From: an uncultured Clostridia bacterium | GTDB taxonomy: Bacteria; Acidobacteriota; Aminicenantia; JBFLYD01; JBBIMS01 | Assembly: GCA_964649495.1 (NCBI GenBank) | Contig: CAZYPR010000005.1 | Span: forward strand, 7,128-71,127 | DNA length: 64,000 nt | Direction: 5' to 3' | Shown: positions 47,659 through 58,083 of the stretch, piece after piece | How positions within the stretch are numbered: position 1 is the first letter of the stretch | Layout of the letters: each line of letters opens with the position of its first letter | Program-made: the position numbers and the translations under genes | Notes under the pieces: generated by a model | What the model saw: only the letters and a program-made list of their open reading frames with translations | Databases searched by the model: none | What the model was told of the DNA's origin: nothing

Positions 47659-48792
47659 TTGAAGAAACTTAAGGAAAGCCAGAAGAAACTTATCCAGACA
47701 GAAAAGATGAGAGCTCTCGGAATAGCCTCTGCAGGAGTTGCCCATCAATTTAACAATATACTATCTGCAATTCTTGCTCGTGCTCAGCTCCTTTATCAGA
47801 AAATTGATGACCCTGAGATAAGGAGAAATCTTGAAATAATTGAGAAGGCATCCCTGGGAGGAGCTGAGATAGTAAGAAGACTTTTAGGTTTTTCAAGGTT
47901 TGAAGAAAAAGGAAAGTTAGAGATTGTTGATATTAACCACTCTATAGAAGAGGCTCTTCAACTTACAGAATTTAAATGGAGAAATGAGGCAGAGGCAATG
48001 GGTAAGATTATAGAGATAAAAAGGGAGCTTGGGGATGGTGTATTTGTCAAAGGGAATTCAGCAGAGTTAAGGGAGGTAATTGTAAATCTTATTTTGAATT
48101 CTGTTGAAGCAATAGAAAAAAATGGATATATCAGTATAATTTCCTCTTCTTCAGGAAACAGAGTTTTAATTGAAGTTAAAGATAATGGTAAAGGAATACC
48201 TCCTTACCAGCTCGACAAGGTTTTCGACCCATTCTTCACAACAAAGGGAGTCTCAGGAACAGGGCTCGGTTTGAGCTTTGTATATGGAATAGTGAAAAAA
48301 CACAAGGGAGAGGTCAAGATTAATAGTGAGGTAGGAAAGGGGACAACTGTCTCCATCTATTTTCCAAAAGCAAAAGGAAAATTGAAAGAAAAAGAAAAGA
48401 TAGAAGAAGAAAAAATACCAATGAGAATACTTGTTATTGAGGACGAGGAGTATGTAATAGATCTAATAGAAGAGATTCTGAAAATAAACGGTCATTATGT
48501 CTCCCTTGCAAGAACAGGAATGGAAGGACTCTCAAAATTTGAAAAAGAGAAATTCGACCTTGTAATGACAGACCTTGGAATGCCTGGAATTTCAGGATGG
48601 GAAGTTGCAGAAAAAGTGAGGGAGAAGGATCAAAATATTAGAATAGGATTTATTACTGGATGGAATATAAGAGGTGAAATAGAGAGACTTAAAAGGCTCG
48701 GTATTAATTTTGTAATAACAAAACCCTTCAAAATTGAAGATATACTATCCGCCATATCCTCCACTCAGATAAAAGATATTTTCATCAATTAG
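47659..48792 (+). CDS. Histidine kinase core (HisKA, HATPase_c) plus C-terminal receiver; the C-terminal part of the interrupted sensor kinase (first ATG at 47707)
   Basis: H-box AGVAHQFNNILSAIL, N/G boxes (NLILNSVEAI, DNGKGIPP, GTGLGLSFV) and receiver ILVIEDEEY...MTDLGMPGISGW...KPF. Confidence 0.8.
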   Translation: MKKLKESQKKLIQTEKMRALGIASAGVAHQFNNILSAILARAQLLYQKIDDPEIRRNLEIIEKASLGGAEIVRRLLGFSRFEEKGKLEIVDINHSIEEALQLTEFKWRNEAEAMGKIIEIKRELGDGVFVKGNSAELREVIVNLILNSVEAIEKNGYISIISSSSGNRVLIEVKDNGKGIPPYQLDKVFDPFFTTKGVSGTGLGLSFVYGIVKKHKGEVKINSEVGKGTTVSIYFPKAKGKLKEKEKIEEEKIPMRILVIEDEEYVIDLIEEILKINGHYVSLARTGMEGLSKFEKEKFDLVMTDLGMPGISGWEVAEKVREKDQNIRIGFITGWNIRGEIERLKRLGINFVITKPFKIEDILSAISSTQIKDIFIN

Positions 48793-48817
48793 TCAGCCGA
48801 TAGCCAAAGGAGGAATT

Positions 48818-49057
48818 TTATACTGTGAATACAGATTGAAATGAGATAACCTCTATCTCGAACCTGTGTTCACGAGCAGTATTAACAATCTTTTCTAATT
48901 CTTCAGCAACTTTTGATTCAATCCATTCCTCTCCACACTGTCCACAGACTTTCGCAGGAACATTTCTTACCACAACAATTCCAAAACCTAAATCTACACT
49001 GTATGTTGTATCTCCTTTCTTCAAATCTCCTTTGCATAAAGGACATTTATCCATCAT
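48818..49057 (-). CDS. YgiT-type zinc-finger protein (MqsA-like antitoxin family)
   Basis: CPLCKG...CGQCGEEW with the characteristic spacing and 79-aa size. Confidence 0.65.
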   Translation of the reverse strand: MMDKCPLCKGDLKKGDTTYSVDLGFGIVVVRNVPAKVCGQCGEEWIESKVAEELEKIVNTAREHRFEIEVISFQSVFTV

Positions 49058-49249
49058 CTCCTCCTTGTTTTAAAATCCGATTCAAATTTATCCAAAGATG
49101 GTCTATATGCTGTAATTATGTAAACTTTTTCAGTTTCCAAATCAGCGCTTCTTACAGCTTCAATATCCATATTTTCTTTTAGTATTTTATCAAACTTATC
49201 CAAAAAGTTCTATCTTTTTGAATTTTGTCGAAAATGCTTTATTCAACAA
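49054..49249 (-). pseudogene. DUF4258-like toxin-partner gene, apparently frameshifted in a T5 run (unannotated in the ORF track)
   Basis: Minus-strand translation gives ...FSTKFKKIELF(G*) in one frame and LDKFDKILKENMDIEAVRSADLETEKVYIITAYRPS...TRRR* in the adjacent frame. The second frame's stop overlaps the YgiT ATG (ATGATG). The vYIITAYRP tail resembles the conserved DUF4258 C-terminus (..vVITvYrp). There is an AAGAGGG RBS and a TTG start upstream. Confidence 0.3.
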
Positions 49250-49312
49250 ATTCAATTCCCTCTTGATTTTTTATTTAAAATGTTCTATCTTTAAAGTGAA
49301 CAAAAGGCGAAC

Positions 49313-52033
49313 ATGAGATTTGGTTATATTCCTTTGAGAGTGAGAACATCTTTCAGTGGGGGAGGGATTTCTGTAAAGGAACTACTTGAATCCATGAAGG
49401 AGTTCTCTTTTATTCCTATTGCTGACATTGGTGGTATATGGGGTTGGGGGAAGCTGAAAATGGAGTGCAAAAAGGAAGAAACGAAAGGAAAAATTTTAAA
49501 ACCATTGTTCGGAGCAGAGTTATCTTTGAATGGGGATAGATTTCTTCTATTTGTTAAAGAAAAAGAAGGTTATAACAACCTTTGTAAATTCTTAAATAGA
49601 AGGGAATCTAATGGGAAAGGATTGGTGGCTATTTACATCCCTTCCTCTACCAATTGGAACCCAATTCTTGAGAATTTCGATGATCTCTACATTGGATTAA
49701 CACTGTGGAATATAAAATGGAAGGAAATTTTCAAAAGGCTGAATATACCAATTGTCTGGGCTAATCCTGTAAATTTTTTTGAGAATCATACCCTTTACTC
49801 TCTCATTCTCTCAATAAGGAAAGGCATACCATTCCCAAGACTTAAAAATAAAAATTTCAGCTTTTTCTCTCCTCTACCAAAGTCAGCTCTTAGAAAGTTG
49901 GAATTGGAAGATGAAATTTTCATTAGAACATACGAGATAGCTGAAAAATGCAATTTTGATTTGAAGGAGATAATTCCTGACATTTCTGAAGGAGAGGAGG
50001 AACTGAGGAAGATTTTAAGGAGAAAAGCTGATGAGTTGAATCTGAATAATTCTTACAGGGAAAGACTCGAAAACGAACTAAAAGCAATTGAGGAGGCAAA
50101 ATTTTCATACTTTTTCCTTTTAGCTCATGAAATAACGAGTTTTGCAAGGGAGAAAGGAATTTTATACAACCTTAGAGGTTCAGGAGCTTCCTCCCTTGTT
50201 GCTTATATCCTCGGAATCTCCCATATCGATCCAATGAAAGAAGGTTTATATTTCGAAAGGTTTTTAAATGGTGGAAGGAATGAACCTCCTGATCTTGACA
50301 TAGATTTTGAATCGGGAAGGAGGAATGAGGTTCTAAATTATGTTTTTAAAAAATATCCTGAAAGAGCTTCCTTCATAGCATCATTTAAAGATTTTAAGGC
50401 TCGCTCAGCAATTTATTTCACAGGAAAAGCCCTCGGTCTTTCTCCTTCTGAATGCAGGGAACTAACAAAAAATATACCTTTTTTTGCAGAGCCTTCTATC
50501 CTTAAGATAATCCCCCCACCTCCAGGAGCAGAGTATCTATGGAGACTTGCCTCCCTTCTTCAGGGAATTCATTTTCAGAAATCCCTTCACATAGGAGGTG
50601 TTATCTTTACACCATCTCCCATCACTTCTTACCTTCCCATTGAAATTTCAGGGAAAGGTTATCCCATGACACATCTGGACAAAGAGAGTGTTGAGGAGAG
50701 CGGAATTATAAAAATTGATCTTCTCGGAGCAAGGGGGCTTTCCACAATATCAGAAACCCTAAGGAGAGTGAAAATTAAAGAGATTCCTTATGGTGACAGA
50801 AGGACTTTTGATTTAATAGGAAGAGGTGAGACCATCGGTTGCTTCCAGATAGAAAGCCCTGCAATGATAGACCTTTTGAGAAAAATAAAGCCAAGAAATA
50901 TATCTGAGCTTGCTGATTGCCTCGCTCTTATAAGACCTGGACCAACTGAAAGTGGAATGAAAAGGAGTATGGTAATGATGAAAAAAGGGAGAAAGATTGA
51001 GGTAAATCCAATTTTGAAGAGGCTACTACCTGAAAGGAATGGTTTGATAATTTACGAAGAGCAGATCATGGAAATAGCCCATAAAATTGGATTTGGATGG
51101 GAGGAGGCAGAAGCTCTTAGAAGAGGACTTAAAAAGGGGGGAGAAGAGGGACTAAGATTGAAATTTTTTGAAAAAGGGAGGGAAAAAGGTTTTGAAGAAA
51201 GAGAGATTGAAGAGATATGGGGTATTTTAAAATACTTCTCTTCTTACACTTTCAATAAAGCCCATGCCTGCTCCTACGCATGGTCAGCCTATATCTCCGC
51301 TTTTCTTAAAGCCAATTACCCTCTGGAATTTTTCGCATCTCTTCTGAATTCTGGCGGTGGCTACTATCCTTTGTGGGAATACATTGAGGAAGCAAAGAGA
51401 AGGGGTATAAAAATACTTCCTCCAGATGTCTGCAAAAGTGATGAGGGTTTTAAGTTGGAAGGGGATTCCCTTAGGAAAGGGCTTTTATTTATAAAAGGGA
51501 TTAAAAGGAACACTGCAAAAAAGATAGTGGAGGAGAGAAAAAGCTCTCCCTTCTCATCTCTTTACGATTTTCTAATAAGGGTAAAACCAGGGAAAGAAGA
51601 ATTTTTCTCCCTGATTGAGGCGGGTGCTCTTGATTCCCTCGCTCCCCTTTCATCCCAGCTCTCCTTCTATCTCGGAACATTAAAAGATATTGAAATATTA
51701 AAAGATTCAAGGAAGATAGATGAAGATTTGAAGGATATTCTCGGTAGATTCTCAGGAAAATTCCCTTTCAAAATAAAAAGTATTCCAGCAAAAGAGAATG
51801 AGAGGGTTTCCATTCCGGTGAGAATTATAGATGCAAGGATAAAAAAAGCCAATGGAAGGGATATCCTATTCTTCCTTTTTGAAGATGAAACAGGAGTCTT
51901 AGAGGGATACTCGCAAAACACTTCAATCCCTGAGAGCAGAGTAGGAATTGTCCGCGGTGTTGTAAAAATAAAGGAAGGAACTATCAAACTAACCAATTGC
52001 GATTTTTCTCACTCCCCTTGGGAGGAGGAATGA
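49313..52033 (+). CDS. DnaE-family DNA polymerase III alpha-like protein, compact (906 aa) with a degenerate PHP domain
   Basis: Palm and fingers signatures LRGSGASSLVAYILGISHIDPMKEGLYFERFLN, catalytic PDLDIDFESGRR, and later GGVIFTPSPI / HLDKESVEESG...DLLG. The N-terminal PHP His/Asp ligands are replaced (IPLRVRTSFSGGG, IADIGG). Confidence 0.75.
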   Translation: MRFGYIPLRVRTSFSGGGISVKELLESMKEFSFIPIADIGGIWGWGKLKMECKKEETKGKILKPLFGAELSLNGDRFLLFVKEKEGYNNLCKFLNRRESNGKGLVAIYIPSSTNWNPILENFDDLYIGLTLWNIKWKEIFKRLNIPIVWANPVNFFENHTLYSLILSIRKGIPFPRLKNKNFSFFSPLPKSALRKLELEDEIFIRTYEIAEKCNFDLKEIIPDISEGEEELRKILRRKADELNLNNSYRERLENELKAIEEAKFSYFFLLAHEITSFAREKGILYNLRGSGASSLVAYILGISHIDPMKEGLYFERFLNGGRNEPPDLDIDFESGRRNEVLNYVFKKYPERASFIASFKDFKARSAIYFTGKALGLSPSECRELTKNIPFFAEPSILKIIPPPPGAEYLWRLASLLQGIHFQKSLHIGGVIFTPSPITSYLPIEISGKGYPMTHLDKESVEESGIIKIDLLGARGLSTISETLRRVKIKEIPYGDRRTFDLIGRGETIGCFQIESPAMIDLLRKIKPRNISELADCLALIRPGPTESGMKRSMVMMKKGRKIEVNPILKRLLPERNGLIIYEEQIMEIAHKIGFGWEEAEALRRGLKKGGEEGLRLKFFEKGREKGFEEREIEEIWGILKYFSSYTFNKAHACSYAWSAYISAFLKANYPLEFFASLLNSGGGYYPLWEYIEEAKRRGIKILPPDVCKSDEGFKLEGDSLRKGLLFIKGIKRNTAKKIVEERKSSPFSSLYDFLIRVKPGKEEFFSLIEAGALDSLAPLSSQLSFYLGTLKDIEILKDSRKIDEDLKDILGRFSGKFPFKIKSIPAKENERVSIPVRIIDARIKKANGRDILFFLFEDETGVLEGYSQNTSIPESRVGIVRGVVKIKEGTIKLTNCDFSHSPWEEE

Positions 52034-52047
52034 TGTGAATTGGGAAT

Positions 52048-52527
52048 TCAGCTATCCTTTATTTCTTTTATTTTCCCAATAATTTCAGTTGTTGAATAGT
52101 TTTCAACATAAGGAAAAATTATGACCTCTCCACCCCATCTCTCAACTTCTTTCTTCCCCACAACTTGTTCAGGTGTGTAATCTCCACCTTTTACAATGAA
52201 CTTGGGTTTTACTAATTTTATCAAATTCAGAGGAGTAAGGGAGCCAAATGGGACTATATAATCAATGTAGGAGATGGAAGACAGAATCTCTACCCTCTCC
52301 TTTAAAGGGAAAATTGGTCTCCCCTCCCCTTTGTTTTTTCTAACAGAATTATCAGTGTTAATTCCAACCACAAGAATGTCTCCCTTGCTCTTTGCAAATT
52401 TTAAAAGTCTTATGTGTCCTGGATGAAGAATGTCGAAACAACCATTGGTAAAAACAATTACTTTCCCTTTTTCCCTTTCCCTTTCGCAAATCTCTTTTAT
52501 CTCCTTTTTACTAACTCTTTTTCCCAT
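52048..52527 (-). CDS. D-glycero-beta-D-manno-heptose-1-phosphate adenylyltransferase (RfaE domain II / HldE C-terminal cytidylyltransferase)
   Basis: VFTNGCFDILHPGHIRLL (CFDxxHxGH nucleotidyltransferase motif) in a 159-aa stand-alone protein. Confidence 0.8.
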   Translation of the reverse strand: MGKRVSKKEIKEICEREREKGKVIVFTNGCFDILHPGHIRLLKFAKSKGDILVVGINTDNSVRKNKGEGRPIFPLKERVEILSSISYIDYIVPFGSLTPLNLIKLVKPKFIVKGGDYTPEQVVGKKEVERWGGEVIIFPYVENYSTTEIIGKIKEIKDS

Positions 52528-53773
52528 CGGTTAAAAACTGAATATTGCTTGAAAAGAACCAAGAATGTTTTGGTCTCCACACTCCTACATCTTTTTTCCT
52601 TGAGTAGACCTTGAATGTGTAAAGGGAGCGATGATAATCATAGGGATACCCATCTTTCCTCACAGCTGCAACATCGAGAAAGTATGTTCCATCTATCAGG
52701 TCAAGTCCATTAATTTTGAAGATGACCTTCCCTTCTCCCTGAAAATTCACTGGCTCCATATCTTCGAGCTGGGTATTTGTTCCGTAAACCCTTATCCCAT
52801 CAGCACTGAAAATTGCTATCCCAAAAACAAAATCATCAATTTCCTTCTCCGCAAAGACATCCATTTCTATTGAGAAATTCTCTCCAGATTCAAACACATA
52901 CCTTTCTCTTCCATCTGAACCAAAAAGTTTTACATCCCTTATAACTATTTCCTGAGAACCCCATCTTCCTTCCCTCTGCTCTGTTGTTGGTCCAGCCTTA
53001 TGAGCATCCATAAATCTTTTTTCTTCCTTTGAAAGAACATCCTGAAGGTAGGCATCAACAACTTTCTTAGGATCACCAATAATCTGTATTTCACCTCTTT
53101 TCAGCCAAACCACCTCATCACAGATTGATGTGACTGTATCAAGGGCATGGCTCACAAATACAATTGTTTTCTTTTTCTTTTTGAATTCAGCAATTTTTTC
53201 AAGGCATTTGGGAATGAAGGAAGCATCACCTACTGCAAGAACTTCATCGATTAAAAGAATGTCAGGATTTACATTTATTGCCACTGCAAACCCCAATCTC
53301 ATATACATTCCAGAAGAATATGTCTTTACAGGCTCATCTATGAAATCTTCAAGTTCTGCAAATTTTACAATCTCATCGAATTTTTCGCTTATTTCTTTTT
53401 TGGAAAGACCGAGCATAATCCCATTTATATAAACATTCTCCCTTCCTGAGATTTCAGGATGGAATCCCGCTCCAAGTTCTATAAGAGCTGATACCCTCCC
53501 CTTAACTTCAATCTTTCCAGATGTTGGTTTTGTAATCCCCGCAATAAGTTTAAGAAGGGTGCTCTTTCCTGAGCCATTCGCTCCTATTATTCCAACTGTT
53601 TTCCCCTCCTCAATGGAAAGGTTAATATTCTGGAGGGCAGGGAAATAAAGGTCAGGATTAATATCTTTGAAAAGGGTCCCTTTAATGATTGCACTTTTTA
53701 GTGTCGCAAATCTGTGCCTCTGGGAAAATCTCTTATAAATCTTCGAAACATTTTCAAGCCTTATAACTTCCAT
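52511..53773 (-). CDS. ABC transporter ATP-binding protein of the Wzt/TagH type with a C-terminal carbohydrate-binding domain
   Basis: Walker A GANGSGKST, signature SSGMYMRLGFA, Walker B LLIDEVLAVGD, and a C-terminal about 150-aa beta domain. Confidence 0.8.
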   Translation of the reverse strand: MEVIRLENVSKIYKRFSQRHRFATLKSAIIKGTLFKDINPDLYFPALQNINLSIEEGKTVGIIGANGSGKSTLLKLIAGITKPTSGKIEVKGRVSALIELGAGFHPEISGRENVYINGIMLGLSKKEISEKFDEIVKFAELEDFIDEPVKTYSSGMYMRLGFAVAINVNPDILLIDEVLAVGDASFIPKCLEKIAEFKKKKKTIVFVSHALDTVTSICDEVVWLKRGEIQIIGDPKKVVDAYLQDVLSKEEKRFMDAHKAGPTTEQREGRWGSQEIVIRDVKLFGSDGRERYVFESGENFSIEMDVFAEKEIDDFVFGIAIFSADGIRVYGTNTQLEDMEPVNFQGEGKVIFKINGLDLIDGTYFLDVAAVRKDGYPYDYHRSLYTFKVYSRKKDVGVWRPKHSWFFSSNIQFLTDGKKS

Positions 53774-54580
53774 TTATGCCTCTTCAACAACAGTATCCCT
53801 TAATCGATCAAAAATTAAATATCCCATTATAAAAATTATTAATGAAAAAACAAAAGTTGCAGATAATTTTTTCCAGTGGGGTAATGAACCGTAAAATAGT
53901 GAATAGTGATATGACTCCACAACATGGGTCATGGGATTGAGGAGAAGATATATTTTTAGAAGGGAAGATTTCTGAATTGCAGGGAATGAAAATGGATAAA
54001 TTATGGGAGTGGAGAAGAACCAGAGAGTAATGAGATTAGTTATAATATTCTGGAGATCTTTGAAAAGGACAGAAAGAGGAGCAACAAAGAGAGAAAGACC
54101 GAGGACGAATATAAACTCAATGAGGATGCAGGCAGGAAGAAAAAGGGTCCAGAGGGTGAGGGGGTGACCAAAAACTATATAAAAAAGAAAAAGAATTGGA
54201 AGTCCTAAAATAAAATTGACAAGATTTGTTACAACAACGGTTACTGGAAGAATCTCTGCGGGAAACATTATTTTCTTTAATAAGCCACTATTCGCCATAA
54301 GAACATTGGAGCTTTCAAGGATGGAAGAAGCGAACCATGTCCATGGAAGAAGTCCTGTAAATAGGAAAAGAGCATAAGATAAAGGGGATGGAAAGGAGGG
54401 GTCTTTTGGTCTTAAAATCAAGCCAAATACAATTGTATAAACGCAAAGAAGGAGAAAGGGGTTCAGGAATGACCAAAGAAAACCGAAAAATGAACCCCTG
54501 TATCTTGCTTTTAATTCCCTTCCTACCAGACTCTGTATAAGGGCTCTATATCGAAAAAGTTCAAGAATTCTCTTTTTCAT
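53774..54580 (-). CDS. ABC-2 type polysaccharide exporter permease (Wzm-like)
   Basis: Six predicted TM helices and 268 aa. Adjacent to and overlapping the Wzt gene. Confidence 0.75.
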   Translation of the reverse strand: MKKRILELFRYRALIQSLVGRELKARYRGSFFGFLWSFLNPFLLLCVYTIVFGLILRPKDPSFPSPLSYALFLFTGLLPWTWFASSILESSNVLMANSGLLKKIMFPAEILPVTVVVTNLVNFILGLPILFLFYIVFGHPLTLWTLFLPACILIEFIFVLGLSLFVAPLSVLFKDLQNIITNLITLWFFSTPIIYPFSFPAIQKSSLLKIYLLLNPMTHVVESYHYSLFYGSLPHWKKLSATFVFSLIIFIMGYLIFDRLRDTVVEEA

Positions 54581-55317
54581 ATTTCGCCTGATAAAATTTT
54601 CTCCATCTCTTTAGTATATACCTTTTTAGATTCATAAATTATAAGTGGCTCTTCTATCTCTTTTTCACATCTTTCCAGTCTTAACTCACAAAGAAAGAGG
54701 GAGGATGGTTCATCCTTCTTAGAATGAATGAATCTTATCCTTTTTATCCATAACGATTCCTTCTCGCATGCCTCCTCAAATTCCTTTAACCTTGCTGTTC
54801 TGTAAATTATATATCCTTTACCATCTCTTTTCATTGAAAGAGAAAAAGCCCTGGTAACATCCCTTAATTCACATAGAATCTCATGTTTGGCTATTGCCCT
54901 CTCTGGGTAAGGACTTATCCTCCCTTCCATTACTTTCTGATATGGTGGATTTGAAAAGACTATATCAAACTTAGGCATGGAGTTAATGGACTTTATATCT
55001 CCTTTTACAACCTCAATCTTTCCACCAAAGGAATTCAATTGAATATTCCTTCTTGCAAGGGAGATTAAAGAATCCTGGATTTCAAGGGCAACAATTCTTT
55101 TGAAGGGTTTTGAGGATGCAACAAGTATTGATACAACTCCATTTCCAGCTCCAAGCTCAAGAAGCTCGCTATCCTTATCACTTTCTATGTAATAAGCAAG
55201 AAGAGGAGCATCTACTGAAAATCTCCAACCTTTTCTCTTCTGTATTATCTTAACCTTACCCTTAAAAAAACTATCAAGAGTTTCATCTTCTCCAATCAAT
55301 GAAAGTTCGCTCCTCAC
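54577..55317 (-). CDS. N6-adenine-specific methyltransferase of the tRNA1(Val) m6A37 (TrmN6/YfiC) type
   Basis: FSVDAPLLAYY, motif I LELGAGNGVVSI and motif IV NPPY (FSNPPYQ). Confidence 0.6.
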   Translation of the reverse strand: MRSELSLIGEDETLDSFFKGKVKIIQKRKGWRFSVDAPLLAYYIESDKDSELLELGAGNGVVSILVASSKPFKRIVALEIQDSLISLARRNIQLNSFGGKIEVVKGDIKSINSMPKFDIVFSNPPYQKVMEGRISPYPERAIAKHEILCELRDVTRAFSLSMKRDGKGYIIYRTARLKEFEEACEKESLWIKRIRFIHSKKDEPSSLFLCELRLERCEKEIEEPLIIYESKKVYTKEMEKILSGEI

Positions 55318-55741
55318 TTCTTACCCCTTCTCTGGATTAATCTCAGCCTTTCCTCGGCTTTTCTCAGAGAATGAACAGCTTTTTCTATATCCTCAGGAGT
55401 GTATTCTCCCTTCTCATTCTTTATTATTCTCTCAGCCCTCTCCTTTTCATCCTTTGCCCTTTCTTCATCAATCTCTTCCATCTTCTCTCCTATTTCAGCG
55501 AGAATCCTCACCCATGTTGGTAAAACTTCCACAAATCCACCCGAAACAAAAATACTTTTCTCCCCTTTTTCTGTTTTAAATGTAAGTTCTCCTGTTCCGA
55601 GAATTGTGACAAGGGGTGAATGTCCTGGAAGTATTCCGAGATAACCCTTTTGAGTGGGAATATGGACCCATTCGGTCTTCTCTCCTACAAGGAGTTTTTC
55701 CGGTGTTGCAATCTCAAGGAATATCCTTTCGGGAAGACTCA

Positions 55742-55742
<1 letters not shown>
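55314..55742 (-). CDS. atpC: F1 ATP synthase epsilon subunit
   Basis: Immediately follows atpD. N-terminal beta-sandwich pattern (L.ivtPe..l..gev..v.lPt..GelGILPGHaPL) and C-terminal helices. Confidence 0.85.
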
Positions 55743-57148
<1,406 letters not shown>

Positions 57149-57218
57149 TTAAACCTCCATGAATATTTTAGGCTTTTCAAAAGATTTCTTTCTAATCCTC
57201 GAAATGTTTTAAAATTCA

Positions 57219-58082
57219 TCATTCCCTCATTCTTGCAAGAGCTTCAGCAGCTGTTGTAATTTCAATAATCTCTTTTGTAATTGATGTCTGTCTTATCTTA
57301 TTCATTATCAATGTTAATCTATCTATCATCTCTTCCGCATTTTTTGTTGCATTCTCCATTGCAATCATTCTTGAAGCATGCTCTGAAACAGCAGACTCCA
57401 GTATTATGTGATAGAGAGAAAATTTGATGTAAAGGGGGAGAAGGTGGGAAAAAATTTCTTCTGGTGGATATTCAAAAATAAACTCCGGGTATCCTTCTAT
57501 CTCCTCAACAGGTTCAAGGGGGAGGAGTTTTTCAATTACTATATCGTGTCTTACAGTTGATTTAAATTCATTATAAACAACATAGATTGCATCAGTAATT
57601 TTCTTTTCGTAAAGGTCAATGATAAATTCTGAAATTTCAAGGGATTTTTCATAGGAAAATTTGAAAAGTATATCAGTCCATGCCTTTCTTAATGGATATT
57701 TTCTTTTTGCAAAATAATCCTTTCCCTTTTTACCGATGAGAATAAGATTTATATTCTTATCTTTGAAGGAATTAATAAATTTTTCAGCTCTTTCTATTAT
57801 ATTTGAGTTGAAGGCACCGCACAATCCCTTATCAGATGTTATAACAATTAGATCAACATTATTCTCATCCCTTTTCTCAAGAAGGAAATGGGTCTGGCTT
57901 TCCACCCTTGATGCTATACTTTTTAATGTTTTTGAAAGAAGATGTGCGAACGGTCTTGCAGATAACATTTTTACCTGGAATTTTTTTAGTTTAGCTCCTG
58001 AAACTGTTTTCATTGCTTTTGTCATTTGCTGAGTGCTCTTAACACTTCTTATCTTCCTTCTCATATCAAGTAGGGTAGGCAT
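57219..58082 (-). CDS. atpG: F1 ATP synthase gamma subunit
   Basis: N-terminus RRKIRSVKSTQQMTKAMKTVSGAKLKK and C-terminal ITKEIIEI..AAEAL helix. Confidence 0.9.
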   Translation of the reverse strand: MPTLLDMRRKIRSVKSTQQMTKAMKTVSGAKLKKFQVKMLSARPFAHLLSKTLKSIASRVESQTHFLLEKRDENNVDLIVITSDKGLCGAFNSNIIERAEKFINSFKDKNINLILIGKKGKDYFAKRKYPLRKAWTDILFKFSYEKSLEISEFIIDLYEKKITDAIYVVYNEFKSTVRHDIVIEKLLPLEPVEEIEGYPEFIFEYPPEEIFSHLLPLYIKFSLYHIILESAVSEHASRMIAMENATKNAEEMIDRLTLIMNKIRQTSITKEIIEITTAAEALARMRE

Positions 58083-58083
58083 T

